Source: Chiloscyllium plagiosum (taxonomy: Eukaryota). From it: a DNA stretch of 63,511 bases. Made by a program: the position numbers and the translations under genes. Within the stretch, counting starts at the first letter, position 1. Each line of letters begins with the position of its first letter. Below the pieces are notes generated by a model. That model saw only the letters and a list, made by a program, of their open reading frames with translations, was not told where the DNA came from and made no database searches. Location: assembly GCF_004010195.1 (NCBI RefSeq), contig NC_057719.1, positions 3,108,286 to 3,171,796 of the forward strand, given 5' to 3'. Of the stretch, positions 49,954 to 63,000 are shown in pieces.

Positions 49954-52485
49954 CTAGAGAAAGAGATTGGTGAAGAAAAATGTAGGTCCCTGCCAGATCA
50001 AAATGGGAGAATGTATAACAGGGGGCAAAGAAATGGCTGAGCAACTGAATCCATACTTTGGTTCTGTCTTCACTAAAGAAGAGATCTGAGGGAGTGTTGC
50101 TGAACAAAGAGACCTTGGAATGCAGGTTCATAGCTCCTTGAAAGTGAAGTCACAGGTAGATAGGATAGTGAAGAAGGCGTTTGTCTGCTTTCTTTTATTG
50201 GTCAGAGTATTGAGTACAGGAGTTGGGAGGTCATGTTGCGGCTGTACAGGACTTTGGTTAAGCCACTGTTGGAATATTGCATGCAATTCTGGTCTCCTTC
50301 CTATCGGAAAGATGTTGTGAAACTTGAAAGGGTTCAGAAAAGATTTACAAGGATGTTGCCAGAGTTGGAGGATTTGAGCTACAGGGAGAGACTGAACAGG
50401 CTGAGGCTGTTTTCCCTGGAGCGTTGGAGCTGAGAGGTGACATTGTAGAGGTTTACAAAATTATGAGGGGCATGGATAGGGTAAATAGACAAAATCTTTT
50501 CCCTGGGGTCGGGGAGTCCAAAACTAGAGGGCATAGGTTGAGGGTGAGAGGGGAAAGATATAAAAGAGACTTAAGGGGCAACATTTTCACACAGAGGGTG
50601 GTGCGTGTATGGAATGAGCTGCCAGAGGAAGTGGTGGAGGCTGGTACAATTGCAACATTTAAGAGGCATCTGGATGGATATATGAATAGAAAAGGTTTGG
50701 AGGGATATGGGCCGGGTGCTGGCAGGTGGGACTAGATTGGGTTGGGATATCTGGTCGGCATGGACAGGATGGACCAAAGGGTTTGTTTCCATGTTGTACA
50801 TCTCTATGACACAAGTCAGATATCAGAAATATTGGAGAATGCAAAATTTGGTGAGAGGAAAGAACCAAGGAAAGTCAATATTAGTAGAGAAATGGTGCTG
50901 GGAAATGATGAGGGGATTAAAGGTGGATAAATCCCCAGAGCCTGTATATTCCAGAGTACTTAAGGAAGTGGCTCTCAAAAAAGCAGATGCATTGATGGTC
51001 ATCTTCCAGAAGTCTATAGACTGTGGTACAGTTCGTGCAGATTGGAGGAGAGCTAATGTTACTCCAAATTCAAAAAGGGAGTTAGAGAGTAACCAGGGAA
51101 TTGTAAACCAGTAAGCCTAACATCGGGAGTAGGGAAAATTCCCAAATCCATTATCTAGGATTTTATAGCAGAACATTTAGAAGGCAGTGGCAGGATTGGA
51201 TAGAGTCAGCATGGATTTATGAAGGGGAAATCATGCTTGACAAATCTGTTGGAATTCCATGGAGGTGTAACTAGTAGAGTTGACAAGGGGGAGCTAGTTG
51301 ATGTGATAATGTTTGGACTTTCAGAATGCGTTTGATAAAGTCTTGCCTAAGAGATTATTGCGCAAGATTAAAGCACATGGGATTGGGGGAAGTGTATTGA
51401 GATGGACAGGAAACTGGTTGGCAGACAGGAAATAAAGAGTAGGAATTAATGGGTCCTTTTCAATTGGCAGCAGTAACTAGTGGGATGCCACAGGGATTGG
51501 TGCTAGGACCCTAGCCATTCACAATATAGAGTAATGATTTGGATGAGGGGACTAAGTATAACATGTCAAAGTTTGCAGATGATCCCAAGTTGGATGAGAG
51601 GGTGAACTGTGACCAGGGTGCAAAGATCCTTCAGCATGTTCTGGACAGGTTGGTTGAGTGGGCAAATCAATGGCAGATACAATATAATTTGGTAAATGTG
51701 AGGTTACTCACTTTGGAAGCAAGAGCAAGGCAGCAGATCACTGCCTGACTGGCTGTAAATTGGGAGAGGGGAGTGTGCAGTGGGACCTGGGTGTCCTTAT
51801 GCACCAGTCGCTGAAGGTAAGCATGTAGGTGCAGCAGGTGGTCAAGAAGATAAATGGTATGTGAGCCTTCACTGTGAGAGGGTTCAACTACAGGAGCAGG
51901 GATGCGTTGTTGCAGTTACACAGGACCTTGGTGAGCACCGCCCCCCCCCCAGAATATTGTGGGCAGTTTTTGTCTCCTTTTCTGAGGAAGGATGCTCTTG
52001 CTCTGGAGGGAGTGTAGCGAAGGTTTCCCAGGCTGATTCCGGGGATAGTGGGATTGAGGAGACATTGACTAGGTTAGGATTGTTTTCGCTGGAATTCAGA
52101 CAATGAGGGAGGATCTCATAGAGATTTGTAACATTCTAACAGGACTAGACAGGGTAGATGCAGGGAGGATGTTCCCAATGGTGGGTGTGTCCAGAACCAG
52201 GGGTCACAGTCTGGTGGACCATTTAGGATGGAGATGGAGAGACATTTCTTCACCCAAAGAGTGGTGGGCCTGTGGAATTCATCATCACAGGAAGTAATTA
52301 ATGGCAAAACATTGAATGTAAAGGAGTGTCTAGATATAGCACTTGGGGTAAATGGGACCAAATGTTATGGGGAGAAAGCAGGAAGAGGCTATTGAGTTGG
52401 ATGATCAGCCATGATCGTGATGAACTGTGAAGCAGGCTCGAAGGGCTGAATGGCCTCCTCCTGCTCCTATCTTCTATGTTTCTAT
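49954..52485 (+). mobile_element. Degenerate CR1 containing a younger nested CR1 (50088-50810), itself inserted in an HE1 SINE (49857-49953 and 52482-52550)
   Basis: RT motifs from ~50920 to 52100; the SINE halves join at CTAT. Confidence 0.85.
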
Positions 52486-52515
52486 CCCTGTAATCCCATA
52501 TTTACCATAGCCAAC

Positions 52516-53407
52516 CCACCTAACCCACATATCTTTTGACTGTGAGAGAAAGCGTATGGAGGGGCCTGTGTCCACATTGAGAAACAGTATTATGCACCAC
52601 TTGCCCCCTCAACAAGCTCAATTTTACCCCTCTGTCATGCTGCAGATCCCAGAGGCACTGTCATTGATAATTCCATAACTGTGTCTGAAGGTGCAGTCAC
52701 ATATCCCCCCCACCCGCCAGAACTCTAGGGCATATGTTTAAGGTGAGAGGGAAAAGATTTAAATGGGATCTAAGGGGGAAGTCTTTCATGTAGAGGGTGG
52801 TGCATATGTGGAATGAGCTGCCAGAGGAAATGATGGAGGCTGATACAATTACAGCATTTAAAAGGCATCTGGATGAGTATATGAATAGGAAGGGTTTAGA
52901 GGGATATGGGCCAGGAGTTGGCAAATGGGACTAGATTAATTTCGGATATCTGGTCAGCATGGACGAGTTGGACCTACAGTAAATCTCTATGACTCTATGA
53001 TGCTCACAAAGTAGACATTAAACTCACAAAGTAGACATTGAGCTGTTACACCATACACCAGGGTGAAGTGAAACAGTCCATCAGCCAGATCACCCCATGA
53101 CCCTTTCTCCTTCAGCTCAGTTCAGCCTCCTCTCAGTAACACCATCTGCTGATGGGAGTCTTCTGTTCTTACACACAGCCCTGTCCAATCCAGTCCGAGA
53201 GTTGTTTCTCGTCCTTGCTACTTACAGTTAGGCTGCAAGGTCACCCCATGAAAGCACAAACTGCAATCTTCCTTGGAAATCTGGCTTCCTTAAATTACAA
53301 CAGAATCTTTTTGAAAGCACCTAGGCTCATAACACAAGGTTAATCCTAGATTTCACAAAGCCATTGAGATACGTGGGTTTTAATCACTTCAAACCTTTTC
53401 ACAGAAA
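52516..53407 (+). repeat. Local direct duplication, copy 2 (probable source)
   Basis: Matches 40536-41407 apart from substitutions and an extra 20-bp tandem duplication at ~53003-53039. Confidence 0.95.
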
Positions 53408-53649
53408 GTTCAATCTGACTCCTAATTAATTAATATTCTTCAACTATCAACATCCCAGAATATCCTTTTGAGGGTAAGAATAAAGGGGTTATATTTCTGT
53501 CAAGCTCCTTTTACATTTCAATTTAATTTTAAAATATTACTGTGGATTCATTTTGTACATCTCTCTGGATCAAACATCAAGTACTATTCAGCACAGACTA
53601 CTATTGTCCACTTTGACTTCTCTATATGATAGGAGGCACGGTGGCTGAA

Positions 53650-53940
53650 GGGTGGCACGGTGGCACAATGGTTAGCACAGCACCAAGGACCTGGGTTCAA
53701 TTCCAGCCTTGGGTGACTGTCTGTGTGGAATTTGTGTATTCCCCCCATGTCTGTGTGGGTTTCCTCCCACAGTCCAAAGATATGCAGGTTAGGTGGATTG
53801 GCAATGTTAAATTGCCCCATAGTGTCTAGAGATGTGCAAGGTTGGTGGCTTAACTATAAGAAATATAGAGTTGATGGGATGATCTCTGAAGGGTTGGTAT
53901 GGGCTGAGTGGCCTGTTTCCACACGGTCATGATTCTATGA
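53650..53940 (+). mobile_element. HE1-type SINE
   Basis: GGTGGCACGGTGGCACAATGGTTAGCAC...GGTTCAATTCC. Confidence 0.85.
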
Positions 53941-54544
53941 ATGTGTCACATTTTCTACGGAGAAAGAAAGAGTTAATATTTCAAGGCCAATATGACTTTT
54001 CTCCAGAACTGAGGAGTCAGGTTGAACTCAAAATATTAACCTAGTTTCTCCTCCCACATCCATTACCAGACCCGCAGAATTTCTCCAGCAATTTGAGTTT
54101 GTCAATATTTTTTATTGCTTTGGTAAGTTCATTTTGTGATATGGGAGCGGCGGAAGGGAATTGGATCTTGGATTTGCAGAAGCAAAATACTGTGGATGCT
54201 GAAGATCTGAAATAAAAGCAGACATTACTGGAGAAACTCAGCAGGACTGGTAGCATTTGTGAAGAGAGAAACTTCAGTTCCAAACAGTCATATTGGACTC
54301 AAAACATTAACTTTCTTCATCTTTCCACAGACACTGCCTGACCGACTGGGCTTCTCCAGCGCTTTCTGTTATTTATTTGAGGTTAACAAAGTCTTGCTTG
54401 ATTAAGGCATCTCTTACAAATCAAAACTCCTCTCAGGCTGAATTTAACAAATGGGCATATCTGGCCACCAACTTAGATAACAGACTGATTAAAACAGGCA
54501 AGCCCTTTGTCCTATTTCACACAGCAATGCCCACATGCAGCCAT

Positions 54545-55240
54545 GGTGTTGAGGAGCCGGGGTTGGACTGGGGTGGACAAGGTTAAAAATCACACAACAT
54601 CAGGTTATAGTCCAACAGGCACTAGCTTTCGGAGCACTGCTCCTTCATCATAGGACATAGAATTTATAGTCAAAGATCAAAATATCATACAATTAATGCG
54701 ATGTATTGAACAAACCTGGATTGCTGTTAAGTCTTTAATCACCTGGAATGAGGATGCCGGTTTCAATTAACCAATGTGTAAATCCCAAAATTTCTTTCAA
54801 TTCAACGCCCTGAGATAACTTAAGATTTTATCAGTTTCAAGGTGACATCTCAGCTCAGACAATGCATTAAAGGTGTGAGGTTAGAGTCTGTTTGTGTCCC
54901 AACCTGGAGTCAGAGTGGTTCTATTTCCAAAGTAGGAATTGATAAAATGTCACATGGACTGACTGCCGATAGATTGTGTTTTGAACAAAATAGGATGTAT
55001 CTGCTAATGCAAATCTGAAAATGCAAATTCACCCCATAGATGTACGTGTGCGTGTGCGTGTCTCTGTATGTCTGTGTGTCTTTATGTGTGTCTCTGTGTG
55101 TTTCTGTGTGTGTCAGTGGGTGTCTGTCTGTGTGTGTGCATGTGTGTGTGACTGTGTGTGTGTGTGTGTGTGTAGTGGAGGGAGCAGGTGGCAGTAGGGG
55201 GTGTGTAGTGAGGGAGAGGTTAAGTGTCTGTGTGTGAGAC
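54545..55240. mobile_element. Probable non-autonomous Penelope-related element ending in a TG-rich tract
   Basis: Terminal module GTTGGACTGGGGTGGACAA...TATAGTCCAACAGG...CTTTCGGAGC.CTGCTCCTTCATCA, shared with 27421-27540, 32965-33085 and 45900. Confidence 0.55.
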
Positions 55241-55419
55241 AGTGTTAAACAGATCAACTGAGGGTGGGCATAAAGGACCCCCACCTTCTCAAGAGGCAAC
55301 TGTGGATGGGCAATAAATGCTGGGCCCAGCCAGCGATGCCTATGTCCCTCAAATGAATATGAACAACAGCAAGAGTCAGAGAAGGGTATGCATTGACCTA
55401 CAGACTGGAAACAACAATA

Positions 55420-56280
55420 ACAGAAACAGTCCTGTCCACTCTGTAACGTTCTCCCCACTAACATCTGGGGGCTGGTCCCAACATTGGGAGAGCTGTCTCA
55501 CAGACTCGTCAAGCAACAGCCTGACATAGTCATACTCACAGGATTATACCTTACAGACAGTGTCCCAGACCCCACCATCACCATCCCTGGATATGTCCTG
55601 TCCCACCAGTTGGGCACATCCAACAGAAGTGGTGTCATGCTGGGATACAGTCAGGAGGGAGGGAGATGCTCTGGGAGGCCCCAGCATTGACTCTGGACCC
55701 CGTGATATCTCATGGTTTCAGGTTAAACATGAGCACGGAACCCTCCTGTTGGTTACCACGTACCATCCTCCCTCGGCTGATGAATCAGTACTCCTCCATG
55801 TTGAACAACACGTGAAGGAATCACTGAGAATGACAGGGGCACAAAATGTGCTCTAGGTGGGGGATTTCAATGTCCACCACCAAGAGTGGCTCTGCAGCAG
55901 CATTACTGATCGAGCTGGTCAGGTCCTAAAGGACATAGCTGCTAGATTGTGTCTGCTGCAGGTGGTGAGTGAACCAACAAGAGGGAGAAACATACTTGAC
56001 CTCATCCTTAGCAGTCTGCCAGCTGCAGATGCATCTGTCCATGACAGTATCGGTAAGAGTAAAAACAATGACTGCAGATGCTGGAAACCAGATTCTGGAT
56101 TAGTGGTGCTGGCAGAGCACAGCAATTCACAGCCTGTCATCGGATTTTGCCAGTCCTCGGATGCTGCCTGAATTGCTGTGCTCTTCCAGCACCACTGATC
56201 CAGTATTGGTAAAAGTGATCACCGCACAGTCCTTGAGGAGACAAAGTCCCACCTTCATACTGAGTCTATCCTCCATCAAA
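55420..56280 (+). mobile_element. LINE apurinic-endonuclease (APE) domain remnant with a short palindromic insertion (56061-56200)
   Basis: PDIVILT, IPGY, GDFNVHH, EPTRGRNILDLIL and SDH motifs; near-TSD CAGTAT(C/T)GGTAA(G/A)AGT at 56045-56060 and 56201-56216. Confidence 0.85.
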
Positions 56281-56489
56281 AGATAATTAGGCAAACCATT
56301 AGCACAGACCTGTATAGCAATGAATGCCTTATCTTATCTCTTTCAAACCTTAGCTTATCTACTCCTCCAAAGTCATTTGAATTCCAAACAAACAGTAGCT
56401 GGCTTACAGCACACATTAAACCTTTGACTTCGGTCATTAGCAGGTGGGAAACAGGCTATGTAAGTTTGAATTCATTTCCAAGAAATCAC

Positions 56490-56757
56490 TCAGAATCTGT
56501 ACAGTGCGGAAGCAGGCCATTTGGCCCATCGAGTCAATACTGACCCTCCGAACAGCATCCCACCCAGACCTACCCCCCTACCCTTAATTTCCCATGGCTA
56601 ACCCACCGGGTCAGCACATCTTTGGACTGTGGGAGGAAACCTATGCAGGCAGAGGGGGAGAATATGCAAACTCCACACAGACAGTCACCCAAGGCTGGGA
56701 TTGAACCCAGGTTCCTGGCACTGTGAGGCAGTGGTGCTGACCACTGAACCACCCTGC
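56490..56757 (-). mobile_element. HE1-type SINE
   Basis: Reverse-complement tRNA-like head and SINE body. Confidence 0.85.
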
Positions 56758-56869
56758 CAGTTCATGGTTCTATTCAATTCAGAAAATATCCAAATAATTC
56801 CATCTCTTCCAGCTTCCTTCACACAATCCTTAAACATACATTTGTATTCCAGACAACATGGAGGTACAG

Positions 56870-57810
56870 GTATCTGGGAATGAGTTAGAGACTGGAATCT
56901 AATCGAGGGGTTCAGGGTGGTTTATATAGGGAATTACAGAAACCCAGGAGTGAGTTACAGACTGGGATCTAATCGAGGGGTTCAGAATGGTTTATATGTC
57001 GAATAACAGATACCTGGGAGTGAGTTACAGACTGGAATCTAATCGAGGGGTTCAGGGTAGTTTATATATAGAATTACAGAAACCCAGGAGTGAGTTATAG
57101 ACTGGAATCTAATCAAGAGGTTCAGAGTAGTTTATATATAGAATAACAGATACCCGGGAGTGAGTTACAGACTGGAATCTAATCGAAAGGTTGGGGTAGT
57201 TTATGTATAAAATAACAGATACCTGAGAGTGAGTTGCAGACTGGAATCTAATTGAGGGGGTTCGGGGTGGTATATATATAGAATAACAAATACCCAGGAG
57301 TGAGTTCCTGACTGGAATCTAATCAAGGGGTTTGGGATGGTTTATATACAGAATAACAGATACCAGGGAGTGAGTTACAGACTGGAATCTAATCGAGAGG
57401 TTCAGGGTGGTTCATGTACAGAATAACAGATACCCGGGAGTGAGTTCCTGACTGGAATCTAATCAAGGGGTTTGGGATGGTTTATATACAGAATAACAGA
57501 TACCAGGGAGTGAGTTACAGACTGGAATCTAATCGAGAGGTTCAGGGTGGTTCATGTACAGAATAACAGATACCCGGGAGTGAGTTACAGACTGGAATCT
57601 AATCGAGAGGTTCAGGATGGTTTATATATAGAATAACCGATACCTGGGAGTGAGTTACAGACTGGAATCTAATTGAGGGAGTTCGGGGTGGTTTATATAT
57701 AGTATAACAGATACCCAGGAGTGAGCCTGGAATCTAATCGAGGGGTCTGGGATGGTTTATACACAGAATAATAGATACCAGGGAGTGAATCTGATTGAGG
57801 GTTTCAGGAG
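56870..57810. repeat. 70-bp tandem satellite, about 13 units
   Basis: Unit GAATAACAGATACCCGGGAGTGAGTTACAGACTGGAATCTAATCGAGGGGTTCAGGGTGGTTTATATATA, starting at 57001, 57071, 57141 and onward. Confidence 0.95.
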
Positions 57811-59069
57811 GTGTATATATATATATATATAGAATCAAATTGAAGGTTTCTAGTAATCTGTCACCTTTCTGAGATTGGAGATGAATTTCTCTGTTCTCTG
57901 GAGTGGTTGACCAAAGCACCTACTGTATTAACACTTTTTCAGGGTAATTAGGGATGGATATTAAACACCCACATCCTGAGACTCAATGAGAGTCAGCTAT
58001 CTGATCTACAGCACCCTGAGGAACTGCCTCAAATCTCTCACAGCATATCACAAGTGCAAATGTAATTTTAAAACACGATAAAACAGGAATGAGGGGGTGT
58101 TGTGGAGGTTGTGTTCAGATGTGGGAAATAAAAGGAATTTCGATGAATCTCGAGATGAGTTCAATTTTTCGGGATTTTTTTCATCAGATGAGAAAAGTTG
58201 AAACGTCATTTAATGTTTGTTTTAATTCAATGTGTGGGGAATGAAAACGAGGTTTGAAATTGTACATTTTTTTCTGCCCTTGCATCACCGATCCTCCACG
58301 CAGTAGAAAGCCGTCAAGGATGAAAGAAAGAATTTGCATTTGTATAGTACCTGCCATAAATTCAGGCTGGCTCAAAACACCTTCCAGTTGGTGAAATAAA
58401 TGTGGAAGTAAAGCTCACCCTTTGTAATGTTGGAACCCTGGCCAGCCAAGACATGCCCAGCAAGTTCCCACAAGTACAATTGTGATAATGACCAAGTCTT
58501 TCATTCTTTACAACTATGAAGTGACAAACAAGATGAATGGCAAGAAGAGATTCACTTGGGTGTGAATTCAGAATGGAGGGGCATCAGTCCATTCCATTTA
58601 TTAGGAACAACTTGTCCTTTAACAGTCTGTCTCCTTTAACCGAATCAGAATCTCTGCAGCAGCAACTGCCTCATTGATGGGGGACTGGAGCTCGATTAAT
58701 GTTTCATTGATACCCCAGCTGGCCCCAATAATGTTCTGCTATCGATCTGACCAAACAGGCTCAAAATCTCAAAATGCAAGCCTGCTAACTGCTTGTTCCA
58801 CCTGGCACCAACATCTCAGGCCACGTTCCATGGACATTGGCCACATGTACCCCGTGTTTACAGGCATTGCCAAATGACAGATACCAGGCTCTAAGAACAC
58901 AGCTCATGGACTGGACCAGGCAGTCTCTCTGGGCTCCTCACTCTCTGTCAGAGGGCTCACTCACTCACCCTGAGCCCATTCGAAGGTTGCTCTGCACCAT
59001 CATTTCTTCCCAATCAGTGCAGGCACGATGCATGTCATTGCTCTCGGCAATCTATCAGGCCGACAGTAA

Positions 59070-59880
59070 TAGGACCAAGCGGAGGCCAATCGGCCCCTTG
59101 AGCTTGCTACGCCTCTCAGTAGGATCATGGCAGATCCAATATTCCTCACATCCTCTCTCCTGGCCTTTCCCTGTAACCCTTGATTCCCCGACTGATCAAG
59201 AATCTCTCTCTCTCAGCCTTAAATACAGACAAGGACTCTGCCCCCACAGCTCTCTGTGGTAAGGAGTTCCAAAGACTCACAACCCTCTGAGGGATGAAAT
59301 TCCTCCTCATCTCAGTCTTAAATTGGTGCCCCTTTATTCTGAGACTGTGCCCTCTGGTCCTAGACTCTCCCATGAGGGGGAACATCCTCTCAGCATTTAC
59401 CCTGTCAAGCTCCTTAAGGATCTGATGTGTTTCAGTGAGATCACCTCTCATTCTTCTCAACTCCAGTGAGTACAGTCCCAACCTGTTTTTACCTTTGTTC
59501 AGAAGACAATTCCTCCATACCAGAGACCATCCTAGTGAACCTTCTCAGAACTGTCTCCAATGAAATGATAACTTGCCTTAAATAAGGGGCCTGTGACTGC
59601 TCCAGATGTGCTTTTCCCAGTCCCTTGTACAGCTACAGCAAGACGTTCCTACTCATATATACTCCAACCCTCTTGAAATAAGGACAAACATTCCATTAGC
59701 CTTCCCGATTTCCTTCTGCACACTGTATGCTAGCTGTCCATGCTTTGCAAATCTCAAATAAATTAATCAGATACGATTTCCTTTTCATGAACTCAAGCTG
59801 ACTTTGCGTGATTAGATTATGATTTTTCAATGATGCTGCTGTTACTTCCTTGGAAACTGATTCCAACATTTTCCCAACAA
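59070..59880 (-). mobile_element. CR1 fragment
   Basis: ORF 59146-59481 RRMRGDLTE...RGHSLRI...WNSLP. Confidence 0.85.
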
Positions 59881-60074
59881 TCCATAATCAGCCGAGAGCT
59901 TATTAACCTCTCTCCCTTTTTGAGTAGGGCTGTCAGTCAGTCCTCAGTCAGGTCAGAGGAGTAAGGGCAGCTTTGCTCAGGAACAGCAAGCCAAGGGCAG
60001 TCTCTGATACCAGGGGCTCGGACACAGACAGTCAGACACTCACATGAGGGGCTTCTTTGGCCTCTAATTGAGGC

Positions 60075-63000
60075 ATAGGGCCATACAGCACGGAAACAGA
60101 CCCTTCGGTTCAACCAGTCCATGCCAACCATATTCCCACCTAAACTAATCCCACCTGCCTGCTCTTGGCCCATATCCCTCCAAACCTTTCCTATTCATGA
60201 ACTTATCCAAATGCCTTTTAAATGTTGTAACTGTACCGCATCCACCACTTCCTTTGGCAGTTTGTTCCACACACTAACCACTCTCTGTGTCCCTCATGTC
60301 CTTTTAAAATCCTTCTCCTGTCATCTTAAACTTTGCTCTTTAGTTTTGAACTTGTCCCACCCTAAGGAATAGATCAGTGTCATTCACCTTATCTATACCC
60401 CTCATGATTTTATAAACCTCTATAAGTTCACTCCTCAACCTCCTACACTCCAGTGAAACAAGTCCCAGCTTTCAATCTATTTTTATATCTCAAACCCTCC
60501 ATTCCTGACAACATCCTACTAAATCTTTTCTGAACTCTCTCTTGTTTAATAATATCACAAGACCATCAGACATAGGAGCAGAAATTAGGCCATTCAGCCC
60601 ATTGAATCTGCTGATTTAATCATGGCTGATAAGTTTCCCAACCCCATTCTCCCACTCTCTCCCCGTAACCTCGGATCTACTTGATACTCAATAACCTTTC
60701 TACCTCAGTCTTAAATATACTCAATGACCTGGCCTCCACAGCCTTCTGTGGCAGTGAGTTCCACAGATTCCTGACTCTCTGGCTGAAGAAGTTTCTCCTT
60801 CTCTCCGTTTTAAAATGTTTTCCCTTTACTCTAAGGCTGTGCCCTTGTGTCCTCGACTCTCCTACCAACAGAAACATCTTCCCAATGTCCACTCTGTCCA
60901 CGTCATTCAGTATTCTGTATGTTTCATTTAGATCCCCCTCATCCTTCTAAACTTCTTCGAGTACAGACCCAGAGTCCTCAAACGTTCCTCATATGTTAAG
61001 CTTTTTATTCCTGGGACCATTCTCGTGAACCTCCTCTGAACATGCTCCAGGGCCAGTACATCCTTCCTGAGATATAGGGCCCAAACAAGCGCACTATACT
61101 CCAAATGTGATCTGCAAAATCACAGCAGGTCTGGCAGCATTCCTGATGGAGGGTTAATGCCCGAAACATCGATTCTCCTGCTCCTCGGATGCTGCCTGAC
61201 CAGCTGTGCTTTTCCAGCACCACGCTCTTGTCTCTGATCTCCAGCATCTGCAGTCCTCACTTTCTACAAATGTGGTCTGAGCAGAGCCTTATAGAGCCTC
61301 AGAAGTACATTCCTGCTTTTATTTTCAATTCCTCTCAAAATAAATGCCATCATTGCATTTGCCCTCTTAACTACTGACTCAACCTGCAAGTTTACCCTGA
61401 GAGAATCCTGGACGAGAATTCCCAAGTCCCTTTGCACTTAAGAATTCTGAATTTTCTCTCCATGACTCTCTCTCTCTCTCCATGCTTCTATTCTTCCTAC
61501 CAAAGTGCATGACCTCACCCTTTCCCACATTGTACTCCATCTGCCACTTCTTTGCCCACCCTCCTAAACTGTCCAAATCCTTCTACAGCCTCCCTACCTC
61601 CTCAATGCTACCTGTCCCTCCACCGATCTTTATATCATTGCAAACTTAGCCAGAATGCCTTCAGTTCCTTCATCTAGATCATTAATGTATAAAGTGAAAC
61701 GTTGTGGTCCCAACACTGAGTCTTACGGAACGCACTTGTCACCGGCTACCATCCTGAGAAGGACCCTTTTATCCTCACTCTCTGCTTCCTGCTTTTATCC
61801 TTCCCCTAGTGGGGTGACCAGAACTGGACACAGTACTCCAGAAGAGGTCTCATTGATATCCTGTACAACCTCAACGTGACATCCTAACTCGCTGTACTCA
61901 AAGGTCAGAGCAATGAAGGCCAGATTGCCAAATGTCCTCTCGACATGTGACACAAATTTCAAAGAATTATGTACCTGAACCCCTACGTCTCTCTGTTCTA
62001 CAACATTACCCAGGGCCCTACTATTAACAGTATAAGTCCTGCTTTTGTTTATTTTACCAAAATGCAGCACCTCACATTTTTCCAAACTAAACTCCATTTG
62101 CCACTCCTCAGCCCATTGACCAAGATCCCTTTGTAATTTTAGATAACTTTCCTCACTGTCCACCATGCCATCCGCAAAGTTACTAACCATACCTCCTAAC
62201 CTTTCATCCAAATGGTGAGGAGTGAAATATCAGGCAGCTGCCTTGACCCTTTATGCCAATTGTGGACTGTTACCCTCCTGGAATAAGAGAGAGAGAGAGT
62301 CATAGTGATGTGCAGCACTAAAACAGACCCTTCAGTCCAACTCGTCCATGCTGACCAGGTATCCTAACCTAATCTAGATTAGATTACTTATAGTGTGGAA
62401 ACAGTGCCTTCAAATCCACACCGGCCCTCCGTAGAGCAACCCACCCAGACCCATTCCCCTACACCTAACACTACGCCTAACCTGCACATTTTTGAATTGT
62501 GGGAGGAAACTGGAGCACCCGGAGGAAACCCACGCAGACACGGGGAGAATGTGCAAACTCCACACAGAAAGTTGCCTGAGGCGGGAATTGAACCCGGGTC
62601 TCTGGCGCTGTGAGGCAGCAGTGCTAACCACTGTGCCACCGTGCCGCCCACTAATCCCATTTGACAGCACCCGTGTGCTTATCCCTCCAAACGCTTCCTA
62701 TTCATATACCCATCCAGATGCCTTTTAAATGTTGTAATTATACCAGCCTCCACCACTTCCTCTGGCAGCTCATTCTATACATGCACCACCCTCTGCGTTA
62801 AAATGTTGCTCTTTAGGTCCCTTTTAAATCTTTCCCCTCTCACCTAAATATATGCCCTTGAGTTCTAGACTCTCCCACCTCAGGGAGAAAAATATCTTTG
62901 TCTATTTACCCTATCCATGCCCCTCATGATTTTATAAACCTCTATGAGGTCACCCCTCAGCCTCTGATGCTCCAGGGAAAACAGCCCCAGCCTATTCAAC

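Noticed and set aside
40536..53407. LTR pair of a retrotransposon carrying TUNAR
   Set aside because: No TG...CA termini, PBS, PPT or TSD; the repeat begins mid-SINE and contains a CR1 fragment
56870..57810. Common origin of the 70-bp and 50-bp satellites
   Set aside because: They share only AGTGAGT, too short to be meaningful
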